Sequence record: SRR20825010_2939
Direction: 5' to 3' (one strand)
DNA: 64,000 nucleotides
The notes beneath the pieces were generated by a model that worked only from the letters and a program-made list of their open reading frames with translations, did not search any database and was not told the DNA's origin. A program made the translations under genes and the position numbers. Each line of letters opens with the position of its first letter. Position 1 is the first letter of the stretch. Positions 40,631-50,755 of this stretch are shown here, piece after piece.

Positions 40631-42466
40631 ATGCACGATACGGACACCTTCGTGACCTTTCACAAGGCACTGACGGAACTCAGCCACAGTCCGGCGTTTA
40701 TCGACAAGAAGCGCCCGCAAAAACTCGCAGACCTGACGGCGCTCTGCGCGAGGCTGCTCAACGTTGACCGGGTCAGTGTCTGGCAGTTTCCGGAGGAGCG
40801 TGACCGCATTGAGTCCGAGTGGCTTCATACTACGGACGCTGCCACCGGTGACAAATCCAGCCTGTACCAGTCCGGCAACCCGGAGTACTTCTCGGCCCTG
40901 GAAACCGAACGCGTGCTGTCTGTCCGGGACGCCCAGAACGATCCCCGCACCCGGGCATTCGCGCCGGGCTACCTTATACCCTTGAACATCCTATCGATGC
41001 TTGATGCACCGGTATTTGATGGTGCCCGGCTCAGTGGCGTCATTTGCCTCGAATCAACCCATCAACGGGACTGGACCCTGCCGGAAATATCCTTCGTTAT
41101 CGCTATTGCCGATACCATCAGCCTGATCAATACCCACGAAGCCTGGCTCCACTCACAACGCGCACTTGAATACGTTACCCGTTACGACTCACTGACCGGG
41201 CTATCAAACATCGAATCCCTGCGAGACCGTATCGGCCACCTCGCCGACAAAATAGAACGACGAGGGCTTGGTAGCCTGGCGCTGATATGGATTGACGTGG
41301 ACCGCCTGAAATCCATCAACGATGGGCTTGGGCCTCAGGTGGGTGACAACGTTATTGCCGAAGTCGGCCGCCGCCTGAAAAAGCTCTCTGTTCCAGGCAA
41401 GGATCTACTGGCCAGGATTGGAGGCGATGAGTACGCCCTCATGGTGCGCAACCACACCATGCGGGACTCTCTGGAACTGACCGCCTCGCGTATAAGGCAG
41501 GAAATCAACAGGCCCATCCGCCTCACTGGCCACTCCATCACCGTTGGCGCAAGCCTGGGCATCTGCCACTTGCCCGGAGACTGTCAAACCACCGAAGAGC
41601 TGTTGCGTGGCGCCGAAGCCGCCATGTACAACGCCAAGCAGCGGGGCCGGGACCAGGCGTGCTTCTTTGATTCGAGCATTCAGGTAACGGCCCGTTCGCG
41701 ATTCGTTCTGGAAAACGAGTTGCGGGCCGCCATCAGCAACCACACCCTGGAAGTGTTCTATCAACCCATCATGAGCGCCGCCGGGATGAAACTGGAGTCG
41801 CTGGAAGCCCTGGTACGCTGGCAACACCCGCAACGGGGTTGGCTGTCACCCATTGAATTTCTGGGGATAGCCAGAAGCGGTGGCCTGATGTATGCGTTGG
41901 GGGAGTGCGTGCTTCGCCGCGTGTGCGAACACTGGCAACAGGCCCACAACCAGGGCATTACGCTGCCAGAGATTTCCGTCAACCTGGCGGCCGAGCAGGT
42001 ATCGATACCGGAACTGCCCAGCCTGATCAGGGAAACCTGCCATGAATATGGCGTGCCGGCCAGCGCGTTGCATTTCGAGGTAACCGAGGATTCCATTCAA
42101 GGGGATTTCAATTCACTGAACAGTATCCTGGAAGAGCTGGTGGCCGACGGTGCAAGCCTGTCCATAGACGACTTCGGAACCGGCTATTCTTCACTGTCCC
42201 GCCTCAAGAGTCTGCCCTTCTCGCGGATCAAGATTGACCGTTCCTTCATCAGCCAACTGCCAGACGACGAGGACGACTGCGCCATTACCCTCTCGATCAT
42301 TGGCCTGGCTCGAGGGCTTGGGCTCTCGGTCGTCGCCGAGGGCGTCGAAACCGAAGCCCATGAACAATGGCTTTTCCAGCGGGGCTGTGATTACCTGCAG
42401 GGTTATCGATACAGCAGGCCTCTGCCCTTTGAAGCTCTGTTGGAACAGTATTTCACTCCCTTCTAA
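40631..42466 (+). CDS. GAF-GGDEF-EAL protein
   Basis: GAF (SMLDAPV...GVICLE), RIGGDEY, EALVRW, DDFGTGYSSL, AEGVE. Confidence 0.92.
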   Translation: MHDTDTFVTFHKALTELSHSPAFIDKKRPQKLADLTALCARLLNVDRVSVWQFPEERDRIESEWLHTTDAATGDKSSLYQSGNPEYFSALETERVLSVRDAQNDPRTRAFAPGYLIPLNILSMLDAPVFDGARLSGVICLESTHQRDWTLPEISFVIAIADTISLINTHEAWLHSQRALEYVTRYDSLTGLSNIESLRDRIGHLADKIERRGLGSLALIWIDVDRLKSINDGLGPQVGDNVIAEVGRRLKKLSVPGKDLLARIGGDEYALMVRNHTMRDSLELTASRIRQEINRPIRLTGHSITVGASLGICHLPGDCQTTEELLRGAEAAMYNAKQRGRDQACFFDSSIQVTARSRFVLENELRAAISNHTLEVFYQPIMSAAGMKLESLEALVRWQHPQRGWLSPIEFLGIARSGGLMYALGECVLRRVCEHWQQAHNQGITLPEISVNLAAEQVSIPELPSLIRETCHEYGVPASALHFEVTEDSIQGDFNSLNSILEELVADGASLSIDDFGTGYSSLSRLKSLPFSRIKIDRSFISQLPDDEDDCAITLSIIGLARGLGLSVVAEGVETEAHEQWLFQRGCDYLQGYRYSRPLPFEALLEQYFTPF

Positions 42467-42598
42467 ATCACCAGTTGCTGTTCCTGATCGATAATATGAA
42501 ACTTTTGTGACACCCGCCGTATCCTAGTGCATATAACAAAGAATCACGCTTTACTACGCCTGAACGAAAGCTCTAGCTAGAAACAGGCCCCCTACGTT

Positions 42599-44224
42599 AT
42601 GAATTGGTATTCCCGAAGCATTCTCAATCGTGTGCTGAGCGTTGTCATTGCCGCAAACTTGGTCGTCATACTGGTTGCCGGCTACTACTTCAACTACTCC
42701 CTCCAGGCTAAGAACGACTATCACCGGCTGGCCAGCCAACAAATGGTCAGGGCACTGGAGGCGCAGGACATCCTCAGTGATTTCAAGACCCAGGTCCAGG
42801 AATGGAAAAACGTATTGATTCGCGGCTCGGATGCCGGTCAGCGTAAAAAGTACTGGACCCAGTTCCAGGAACAGGAAGCCCTCATCCAGAAAAAGCTGGA
42901 TAGTCTTATCCCAAGGCTGGAAGATGATCAGGCCCGCGCACTGATGAGTCAGTTCCAGCGCTCCCACCAGAAGATGGGTGAAGCTTACCGGACCGGGTTC
43001 GCCGACTTTGTGGCATCAGGCTACCAGCACGGCGAAGGCGATCGGGCCGTCAGCGGCATCGATCGGGAACCATCAAGGCTGATTGAAGAAGCTTCCGCAC
43101 TCATTCGTAAACAGGGTGTGGCCGAGGCCGCGGCCCTGAACGACTCCGTCACCACGAGCACCTGGCGCGTCGGTGGCCTGATGCTACTCGCAGTGTTTCT
43201 GGGAACGATCGCTTGCGTCATTGTCCTGGTTCGTTCCGTCGTCCGACCGACGCAAACACTGATTGGCCAAATGCACAAACTGGGGGAAGGTGACCTGTCT
43301 GATCCCGCGACTCTAATCCGTCAGGATGAATTGGGTCGACTGGCTGATAGCGCCCGCAAGCTACACGGCTTTCTCTCAGAAACCGGCGAATTGATGGAAG
43401 AAAATGCTCGCGAACTCGAACTCACGGGCTCAATGATCCGGGACAATGCCGGCAAAGTCTCATCCCAATCCGAACTTGCCCATCAACGGATTGACCAGAT
43501 CGCAACGGCCATGAACGAGATGTCGGCAACCGCTCAGGATGTCGCACAACACGCCGCGGCAGTTGCGAACCAAGTGCAGGAAACATCCGGCCAGACGGGC
43601 GAAGCTGACAAGCAGATCCACGCCGCAGTGGACAGCATGAATCGACTCGCTGACCAGATTCAGACCTCGTCGCGAACCGTCAATCAGCTCACTTCCGACG
43701 GCAAGAAGGTTGGCGACGTAATGAAAGTCATCCGCGAAATCGCGGACCAGACCAACCTGCTGGCACTAAACGCCGCCATAGAGGCAGCCCGCGCTGGAGA
43801 GGCGGGCCGAGGGTTCGCCGTAGTCGCGGACGAAGTCAGGAATCTGGCAGCCAAGACCCAGGAAGCCACCGTGGAGATCGACCGAATCATCGACACCATA
43901 GCCACCGGGTCCAGAGACGCCTCTGAATATATGCAGGCAAGCGAGATTGTCACTCAGGAGAGCGGGCAGTCGGTGGAGGCGGTCAGGCAGACATTGGGCG
44001 AGATCAATCGCCGCATGGGCAGCGTGAATGACGCAACCACTCAAGTGGCAACGGCAGCCGAAGAGCAAACCAGCGTCAGCGAGGAAATTAATCGTAACGT
44101 GACCGAAGTTGCAGAGATATCCGAAACGATGAACCGCGCTGCAGAGGAAAACCTCACCATGGTTCCAAAGCTTGAAAGCATGGCGAAGGCGGCACGGGAC
44201 TTATCAAGCCGCATTCGACGCTAA
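42599..44224 (+). CDS. Methyl-accepting chemotaxis protein
   Basis: TM-periplasmic 4HB-TM-HAMP, then [34 protein letters not shown]. Confidence 0.96.
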   Translation: MNWYSRSILNRVLSVVIAANLVVILVAGYYFNYSLQAKNDYHRLASQQMVRALEAQDILSDFKTQVQEWKNVLIRGSDAGQRKKYWTQFQEQEALIQKKLDSLIPRLEDDQARALMSQFQRSHQKMGEAYRTGFADFVASGYQHGEGDRAVSGIDREPSRLIEEASALIRKQGVAEAAALNDSVTTSTWRVGGLMLLAVFLGTIACVIVLVRSVVRPTQTLIGQMHKLGEGDLSDPATLIRQDELGRLADSARKLHGFLSETGELMEENARELELTGSMIRDNAGKVSSQSELAHQRIDQIATAMNEMSATAQDVAQHAAAVANQVQETSGQTGEADKQIHAAVDSMNRLADQIQTSSRTVNQLTSDGKKVGDVMKVIREIADQTNLLALNAAIEAARAGEAGRGFAVVADEVRNLAAKTQEATVEIDRIIDTIATGSRDASEYMQASEIVTQESGQSVEAVRQTLGEINRRMGSVNDATTQVATAAEEQTSVSEEINRNVTEVAEISETMNRAAEENLTMVPKLESMAKAARDLSSRIRR

Positions 44225-44244
44225 TCTCCCTCCACCCGGCCCAC

Positions 44245-44308
44245 CCGGCCAACGCGGTTTGTAAACCACACCGCTATCGGTTTACAAACCCACGTACCCG
44301 TTGGCCGG
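44245..44308. terminator. Long nested hairpin between the convergent MCP and RND genes
   Basis: Outer stem CCGGCCAACG/CGTTGGCCGG and inner stem GGTTTGTAAACC/GGTTTACAAACC. Confidence 0.55.
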
Positions 44309-47300
44309 TCTTGTCACCCAAAACCAGCAGCGCCGGGGTCAGCAACAGCGTGAGCACCGTTGCAAACGCCAACCCGCCGGCAATAGCACTGGATAGCTGG
44401 GTCCACCACTGCGTGGACGGAGCACCGATGCCCAAAGACGGGGTCAGGAGATCCACATTTACCCCGAGCACCATTGGCATCAGCCCGAGTATGGTGGTGA
44501 TGGCCGTCAGCAATACCGGTCGCAGGCGCAGGCATCCGGTCTCCAATGCGGCCTCGAATGCCGCCATACCGCTTTTTCGCATCTGGTTGTAGGTGTCGAT
44601 CAGAATGATGTTGTTGTTCACCACGATGCCCGCCAGGGCAATGATGCCCATGCCCACCATTACGATTCCGAACGACTGCCCGTTAAGCAGCAGGCCAAGC
44701 AATACGCCCGCTGTGGAAAGCACAATGGCCGATAGAATGAGCATGGTCTGGTAGAGCGAATTGAACTGGGTCACCAGGATCAACAGCATCAGGGCAATCG
44801 CGACCAGAAACGCCGATGCCAGGAAATTCGAGGCTTGTTCCTGGTCCTCATTCTCGCCGGCAAATCGGACGGAAACACCCTCGGGCGTTTCAGGCATTTG
44901 CTGCTGCAACTCCATCAGCAGTTCGTCCGCACGGCGACCCGGCTCTATCTCGGACTTGATCGTAATGGTGCGCTGTCCGTCAACACGGGTAATGCTGCCA
45001 GTCTTGTCTCCGGGAGCCAGCTCAACAAACTCTGAGAGCGGCACCTGCCCGCGGCTGGTGTTAATCGTCTGGCGCTGGAACTGGTCCAGCTCCCGCCAAT
45101 TATTAGGCACTCTCACGGCGATATCGACTTCGTCCCGCACGTCCTCAGGCCGATAGGTAGCAAGCACCAGGCCGTTGGTAATCAGTCGCACCGCACTGCC
45201 CACACTGAGCACGTCTGAGCCAAATCGGGCAGCGGCTGAGCGGTCGACGTTCAGGCGCCATTCGATGCCCGGAAGGCTGCGGTCGTCTTCGACATCCACA
45301 AAGCCATCGATGCCAGACATCCGTTCCCGGATAAGAGCCACGTGCCGCTCCAGTTGGTCGCTATTCATACTGCTGACCATAAGTTCAATGGGCTTGCCGT
45401 CCGCTGGACCGCCTTCCTGCTTACGAAACTCCAGTTCAATGCCGGGAATGTCCGCAGTTAGTGAACGGAAATCTTCCAGTATCTGTGTCGCTGGCCGGCG
45501 CTCAAACCAGTCCGTGAACTGGAACTGCAGCACACCGATGACGTCTGGCGCCATCTGGTTTCCGGGGCTGACCATTGAGCGGGCATAGAGGGCTTTCACC
45601 TCCGGCATTCCCTGTAAACGCTGCTCGACCTGCCGAACGATGGCATCGCGCTCCTGCACCGACAGATCCCCTCTGGCCCTGACATGTACCTGCGCTGAAT
45701 CCGGCTCCACGCTCGGGAAAAATTCAACACCATGGTTGAACTTGCCATAAGCCGCATAGATGACCACAACGACGCCAAGCACTCCAAGAAGTGTAAAACC
45801 GGGCTTTGCCAATAGTCGCCCGAGAACGCCACGGTAGACGTCCGTCATCCGACCACTGATCGCAGACTGGGGACGGCGTTTTCCTCCGCTGATGCTGCCA
45901 AGGACCGGCAAAAATACGAGAGCCATGGCCAACGAGGCGGCCAGACAGATGATAACGGTGGTGGGCAAAAAGCTCATGAACTCGCCGACCACGCCTGGCC
46001 AGAACAACAGGGGGATGAATACCGCCAGCGTGGTGGCGGTTGACGCGATGATGGGCCAGGCCATGCGGCTGGCCGCCTCGCCCCATGCAGACTTTACGTT
46101 CTGGCCCTCGGAGAGGTTCCTGTCGGCAAGCTCCGATACCACGATGGCCCCATCCACCAGCATGCCAGCCACCAGTATGAGGCTGAACAGAACCACAATA
46201 TTAAGGGTAAAACCCATTCCCCAGATCACCAGGATACCGGTCAGGAACGCACCGGGAATGGTAAGCCCCACCAAAAGCGCAGAACGGGGACCCATGGTGG
46301 CAATGATCAGGACGATCACCAGCACGATGGCCGTCAGCACATTGTTGAGCAGATCACTAAGGATGTCCCGGACTTCACCAGACTGGTCCATGATGTAGCG
46401 AACCTCGAGCTCGTCGGGCAGTTGCGGCCCGGCACGTTCAATCAGCGCCTTCACCTTTTCCACGGTTTCGATGATATTGGCACCGGTCCTCTTGGAGATT
46501 TCCAGCACCAGCGCCGGCTCACCGTTGATCCTGGCGAACCCTCGCGGGTCTTTGAAGGTTCGCTGAAGCATAGCCACGTCGCCAAAGGTCACGACGGTGT
46601 CGCCGCCTACCTTGACCGGCATGGCCATAACATCCTCCACGGATTCAATAACGCCCGGAACCTTCATGGTCATGCGACCGGCACCGGTATCCAGGCTTCC
46701 GGCAGCAACCAATTGATTGTTGCGAGTGACCAACGTCGCCAACTGATCAAAGTCGACGCCATAGCTTTCAAGCACCTGGGGATCGACAACGATCTCCAGG
46801 AGGTCTTCCCTGTCACCACCAATGTCCACTTCCAGCACTTCCGGAATGCCTTCGATGGCATCCTGCAAACGCCGGGCAATAGTGACCAGCTCGCGTTCGG
46901 AAAGAGGCCCGGAGAGGCCAACCGACATGACCGGAAACAGCGCCACGTTAATTTCATTGACCCTTGGTTCGTCAGCTTCCTGAGGCAGCTTGCTGCGGGC
47001 GGTATCAACCTTTTCCCTCACATCCTGAAGCGCGATGTCCGGATCAAACCCGGCGTCGAATTCCAGCATCACCGAGGCGTGACCCTCGGAAGCCGTACCA
47101 CGCATTTCCTTGACGCCCTCGAGGGAACGCAATTCCTGCTCCATGGGCCGGATAAGCAAGCGCTCACCGTCTTCCGGGCTGATTCCCTCCAGTGTCATTG
47201 ACACATAGATCATGGGAATGGTGATGTCCGGGTTCGCTTCTTTGGGGATGGTCTGAAAAGCCGCAACACCACCCAGGATCAGGAAAGCCAGTGTCAGCAG

Positions 47301-47345
47301 TGTGGTCCGGCTGCGGTCGAGAGCGGCGAAAATCAAGGTTCGCAT
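44274..47345 (-). CDS. RND efflux transporter permease subunit (AcrB family)
   Basis: 1023 aa, 12-TM RND topology, GMLVDGAIVV, RLRPVLLTAITT. Confidence 0.95.
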   Translation of the reverse strand: MRTLIFAALDRSRTTLLTLAFLILGGVAAFQTIPKEANPDITIPMIYVSMTLEGISPEDGERLLIRPMEQELRSLEGVKEMRGTASEGHASVMLEFDAGFDPDIALQDVREKVDTARSKLPQEADEPRVNEINVALFPVMSVGLSGPLSERELVTIARRLQDAIEGIPEVLEVDIGGDREDLLEIVVDPQVLESYGVDFDQLATLVTRNNQLVAAGSLDTGAGRMTMKVPGVIESVEDVMAMPVKVGGDTVVTFGDVAMLQRTFKDPRGFARINGEPALVLEISKRTGANIIETVEKVKALIERAGPQLPDELEVRYIMDQSGEVRDILSDLLNNVLTAIVLVIVLIIATMGPRSALLVGLTIPGAFLTGILVIWGMGFTLNIVVLFSLILVAGMLVDGAIVVSELADRNLSEGQNVKSAWGEAASRMAWPIIASTATTLAVFIPLLFWPGVVGEFMSFLPTTVIICLAASLAMALVFLPVLGSISGGKRRPQSAISGRMTDVYRGVLGRLLAKPGFTLLGVLGVVVVIYAAYGKFNHGVEFFPSVEPDSAQVHVRARGDLSVQERDAIVRQVEQRLQGMPEVKALYARSMVSPGNQMAPDVIGVLQFQFTDWFERRPATQILEDFRSLTADIPGIELEFRKQEGGPADGKPIELMVSSMNSDQLERHVALIRERMSGIDGFVDVEDDRSLPGIEWRLNVDRSAAARFGSDVLSVGSAVRLITNGLVLATYRPEDVRDEVDIAVRVPNNWRELDQFQRQTINTSRGQVPLSEFVELAPGDKTGSITRVDGQRTITIKSEIEPGRRADELLMELQQQMPETPEGVSVRFAGENEDQEQASNFLASAFLVAIALMLLILVTQFNSLYQTMLILSAIVLSTAGVLLGLLLNGQSFGIVMVGMGIIALAGIVVNNNIILIDTYNQMRKSGMAAFEAALETGCLRLRPVLLTAITTILGLMPMVLGVNVDLLTPSLGIGAPSTQWWTQLSSAIAGGLAFATVLTLLLTPALLVLGDKTGQRVRGFVNR

Positions 47346-47350
47346 ATCGG

Positions 47351-48433
47351 TTAGCCCCGGTCCGAATCACGATCAACCGGGCGTACCTGCTGCCCGATGG
47401 ATACAAAACCCGCGCCCCGGGTAATCAACCGGATTTCATCCGGCAGGCCAGTGACCCAGGCGCCATCCGTGGTGACGTTCAGGAGTTTGACCGTGGTAAA
47501 CACCACTTCGTTATTGTCGCCCACATAGCGAACACCGGGCCGGCCATCATCCCCAAGACTGAGATAGGCCGGCGAAATGAACATCGCCTCCACTTCCGGC
47601 AGCGCAATGCGCAGCGTGGCACTACCGCCGGCAACCCGCTTACGTTCCGGGTTGTCTATGGACACCTCCACCGGGAAGCTACGGGTGTCCGGGTCTGCGG
47701 CACTGGCCACGAAATTCACCACGCCTTCCAGGCTGTCGCCATCCAACGTGCGAATGGTTACGGCCTGCCCTTCTTCGACGGCGCTCACTGACTGCTGCGG
47801 GATTTGCCCCGTCGCTTTCAGCCGATCAACGCGCACCAGCTCCAACAGTGGTGACCCGACCTGGACCAGATCACCAAGGTCGACATCCCGTCGATTCACC
47901 GTTCCATCAAAAGGCGCTCGTGGCTCCAGGTTGTCAACAGCAAGACGTGCCTGAGTGAGCTCAGCTCTTGCCGCAGACAGATCACTTTGCAGGGTCAACA
48001 CTTCGGATTCGGAGGTGAGATTCCGGGATCGGAGCTTCTGGGCAGCCGATAAATCGGCTTCCAATTTGCGAATGCGGGACTGCCATTGTTCTACCGAGGT
48101 ACGTCGCCCATCCTCGGAGAGTCGAAGCAGGACATCCCCCGCCTCAACCTGGTCACCCTGCTCCACCATCAGCTCTTCTACCGTGCCGGCTACCCGAGCG
48201 CCAACTGACACGGTTCGCCAGGGCTCCAACTGCCCCTGCAGCATTAACCCGGGCTCGTAAAGCCTTGTACGCAACACATCCACCTGGACGGAGGGCGCGC
48301 TGACCGACTCCTCAGGTGTGTCCTCTGGCGCCTCGTCCCGCGCTTCCTTGACGTCACCGGTTGCCATCCATACCACCAATAAAGCCAGTACCAGAAAGGA
48401 CAATCCGATAGATCCCAGTTTTGCTTTGGTCAT
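47351..48433 (-). CDS. RND periplasmic adaptor (MFP) subunit
   Basis: N-terminal TM, lipoyl halves (GDQVEAGDVL, RAPFDG), DPDTRSF. Confidence 0.93.
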   Translation of the reverse strand: MTKAKLGSIGLSFLVLALLVVWMATGDVKEARDEAPEDTPEESVSAPSVQVDVLRTRLYEPGLMLQGQLEPWRTVSVGARVAGTVEELMVEQGDQVEAGDVLLRLSEDGRRTSVEQWQSRIRKLEADLSAAQKLRSRNLTSESEVLTLQSDLSAARAELTQARLAVDNLEPRAPFDGTVNRRDVDLGDLVQVGSPLLELVRVDRLKATGQIPQQSVSAVEEGQAVTIRTLDGDSLEGVVNFVASAADPDTRSFPVEVSIDNPERKRVAGGSATLRIALPEVEAMFISPAYLSLGDDGRPGVRYVGDNNEVVFTTVKLLNVTTDGAWVTGLPDEIRLITRGAGFVSIGQQVRPVDRDSDRG

Positions 48434-48581
48434 TGATCGCTCGCAGTTAAATTCGGGTGATGTCGGTTTACAGTCCAGGCAGTCGTTTTAGAAACTGTCA
48501 GAAAACGGTTGCATCCGGTTGTTTTCGTGGGGTAGATTCTACACATAAACTTCTCTCAGATTCAGAGCAGATACTGATTTT

Positions 48582-48674
48582 ATGAATCTCAACGCAGTGG
48601 TTGTCCTTGTGAAGCTAGTCCTGGTGGTCGTGGTACCGTCCGGGTGCTTCTGCGTGGACAAGCGGGTGAGATAG
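48582..48674 (+). CDS. ilvL: ilv operon leader peptide (MNLNAVVVLVKLVLVVVVPSGCFCVDKRVR)
   Basis: 30 codons with 11 Val and 4 Leu, directly upstream of a terminator and ilvG. Confidence 0.85.
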   Translation: MNLNAVVVLVKLVLVVVVPSGCFCVDKRVR

Positions 48675-48696
48675 AAACAGACTCGACAAACACACG

Positions 48697-48735
48697 AAAG
48701 CCCCCGGCACCGAAAGGTCCCGGGGGCTTTTTTTT
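48697..48735 (+). terminator. Attenuator terminator of ilvGM
   Basis: AAAGCCCCCGG...CCGGGGGC followed by a T8 run, between the leader peptide and ilvG. Confidence 0.9.
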
Positions 48736-48760
48736 GCATCAGGAAAAAGGAATAACAACC

Positions 48761-50455
48761 ATGAACGGCGCACAGCACATTCTTGACGCGTTCCACCGCC
48801 ACAGCATCAGCACGGTTTTCGGGTATCCGGGCGGCTGCATCATGCCGCTATACGATGCGCTGGTGGACGATGTCGGTGTGGAACACGTGCTGTGCCGCCA
48901 CGAACAGGCCTGCGCCCTGGCCGCCGACGGTTACGCCCGCGCAAGCGGTAAGCTCGGTGTATGTATTGCCACCTCAGGCCCCGGCGCCACCAACCTGATC
49001 ACCGGCGTTGCCAACGCTCACCGGGACTCCATCCCCATGCTGGTCATCACCGGCCAGGTGCCCTCGGGATTGATCGGTACCGACGCCTTCCAGGAAACCG
49101 ACGTATTGGGCATGACGCTGGGCATCGTTAAACACAGCTATCTGGTTGACGACGCAGACAGCCTGCCCGCGATCATGGAAGAGGCGATGGAACTGGCTCA
49201 AAGTGGGCGGCCGGGGCCGGTGTGGATTGATATACCCAAGGACCTGCTGCTGGCTGATGTCAGCGATGCTCCCTTCCCCCGGTCCGAGCCACGGGAGATC
49301 AGCTTCCCAGACCTGGCCGAAGCGCTCACGATGCTGCGGGCGGCCCGCAAACCCATACTCTACAGCGGTGGTGGCATCAGCCTGGCACACGCTGAAGATC
49401 GCTTTCGCACGTTTGCTGAATCCGCCGCTCTGCCAGCGGTGGTAACGCTCAAAGGTATCGGCAACCCGGGAAAACACAACCCTTACAACCTGGGCATGCT
49501 GGGCATGCACGGCTCCCGGGCGGCCAATAAAGCCGTGGATGAATGCGACCTGTTGCTGGTTATCGGTGCCCGCCTGGATGACCGCGCCACCGGCAGCCTG
49601 GATGGCTTCGCCCCCAATGCAAAGATGATTCACATTGACGCCGACGCCGCCGAGATCAACAAACTGCGCCCGACCGAGCTGGCTATTCGGGGGGACCTGA
49701 ATGACATTCTCGAAACACTGACCAACGCCTTACAGGACAAGCCGCTGGACATTGGCGACTGGCAGAAACAGTGCCGAACCTGGTACACCACCGGCGGCTT
49801 CCATGCCGCCGACAACGAAGAACCTTTGGCGCCGATCACCGGCCCGGCCTTTGTTCGCCAGCTCTCCCGAATTGCCCCGGATGATACCGTTATCGCCTGT
49901 GACGTCGGCCAGCACCAGATGTGGGTAGCCCAGCACTACGACTTTGACCACCCTCGCCACCACCTCACCAGTGGCGGCCTGGGCACCATGGGCTTTGGCC
50001 TGCCCGCTGCCATCGGTGCCCAGTTTTCCGACCGCAATAGTACGGTGATCAACGTGACGGGCGATGGCTCGTTCATGATGAACGCCCAGGAACTGGCCAC
50101 TATCCGCCGCTATAACCTGCCGGTAAAACTGATCGTCATGGACAACCAGTGCCTGGGCATGGTGCGCCAGCAACAGGAACTGTTCTACGGCAATCGTGAA
50201 AGCCAGATCAACCTGGACGACAACCCGGACTTCGTCGCCATGGCCCGCGCCTTCGACATCCCGGCGTTGCACATCAGCCGCACTGACCAGATCCGCCGTG
50301 GCATCGAAACCATCCTGGCCTACAACGGCCCGATGCTGCTGCATGTGGCCATCAGCCGTGAGGAGAACGTCTGGCCCATCGTCAAACCCGGCGCCAGCAA
50401 CCGCGAAATGATCGACGAAACCCGACGCACCAACAAAAAGGAACACGTTGCATGA
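48761..50455 (+). CDS. ilvG: Acetolactate synthase II large subunit
   Basis: MNGAQ...FGYPGG, RHEQ, TSGPGATN, DVGQHQMW, GDGSFMMN, LGMVRQ. Confidence 0.92.
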   Translation: MNGAQHILDAFHRHSISTVFGYPGGCIMPLYDALVDDVGVEHVLCRHEQACALAADGYARASGKLGVCIATSGPGATNLITGVANAHRDSIPMLVITGQVPSGLIGTDAFQETDVLGMTLGIVKHSYLVDDADSLPAIMEEAMELAQSGRPGPVWIDIPKDLLLADVSDAPFPRSEPREISFPDLAEALTMLRAARKPILYSGGGISLAHAEDRFRTFAESAALPAVVTLKGIGNPGKHNPYNLGMLGMHGSRAANKAVDECDLLLVIGARLDDRATGSLDGFAPNAKMIHIDADAAEINKLRPTELAIRGDLNDILETLTNALQDKPLDIGDWQKQCRTWYTTGGFHAADNEEPLAPITGPAFVRQLSRIAPDDTVIACDVGQHQMWVAQHYDFDHPRHHLTSGGLGTMGFGLPAAIGAQFSDRNSTVINVTGDGSFMMNAQELATIRRYNLPVKLIVMDNQCLGMVRQQQELFYGNRESQINLDDNPDFVAMARAFDIPALHISRTDQIRRGIETILAYNGPMLLHVAISREENVWPIVKPGASNREMIDETRRTNKKEHVA

Positions 50456-50730
50456 AACCGCAAAGCCAGTCCTCAACACCGAGCTATAAGATCAACTGCC
50501 GCATGTCGCAGGAAGCGGCCGCCCTGGAGCGCCTTTGCCAGGTAGTCCGTATTCGCGGTTTCCGGATTGCAACGATGGCGGTAGAATCCGCCGGGGAGCA
50601 TCTCGATATCACCCTGACCCTGGAGGGAACCCGGCCGATTGCCATGCTCCAGTCGCAACTGGAGAAATTGCATACGGTGGCGGAAGTTGCCCTTGGTCAG
50701 GTTTCGGGGGTTCGGGTTCAGACTGCCTGA
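50452..50730 (+). CDS. ilvM: Acetolactate synthase II small (ACT) subunit
   Basis: ALERLCQVVRIRGF...RPIAMLQSQLEKL. ATGA overlap with ilvG. Confidence 0.88.
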   Translation: MKPQSQSSTPSYKINCRMSQEAAALERLCQVVRIRGFRIATMAVESAGEHLDITLTLEGTRPIAMLQSQLEKLHTVAEVALGQVSGVRVQTA

Positions 50731-50755
50731 CGCTTTGGGAGTTGCTTTCTCTTTC

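Noticed and set aside
42464..42494. sigma28 promoter for the MCP (TAAA...ATCGATAA)
   Set aside because: Spacing is 19 bp rather than 15, and the -10 element has two mismatches.
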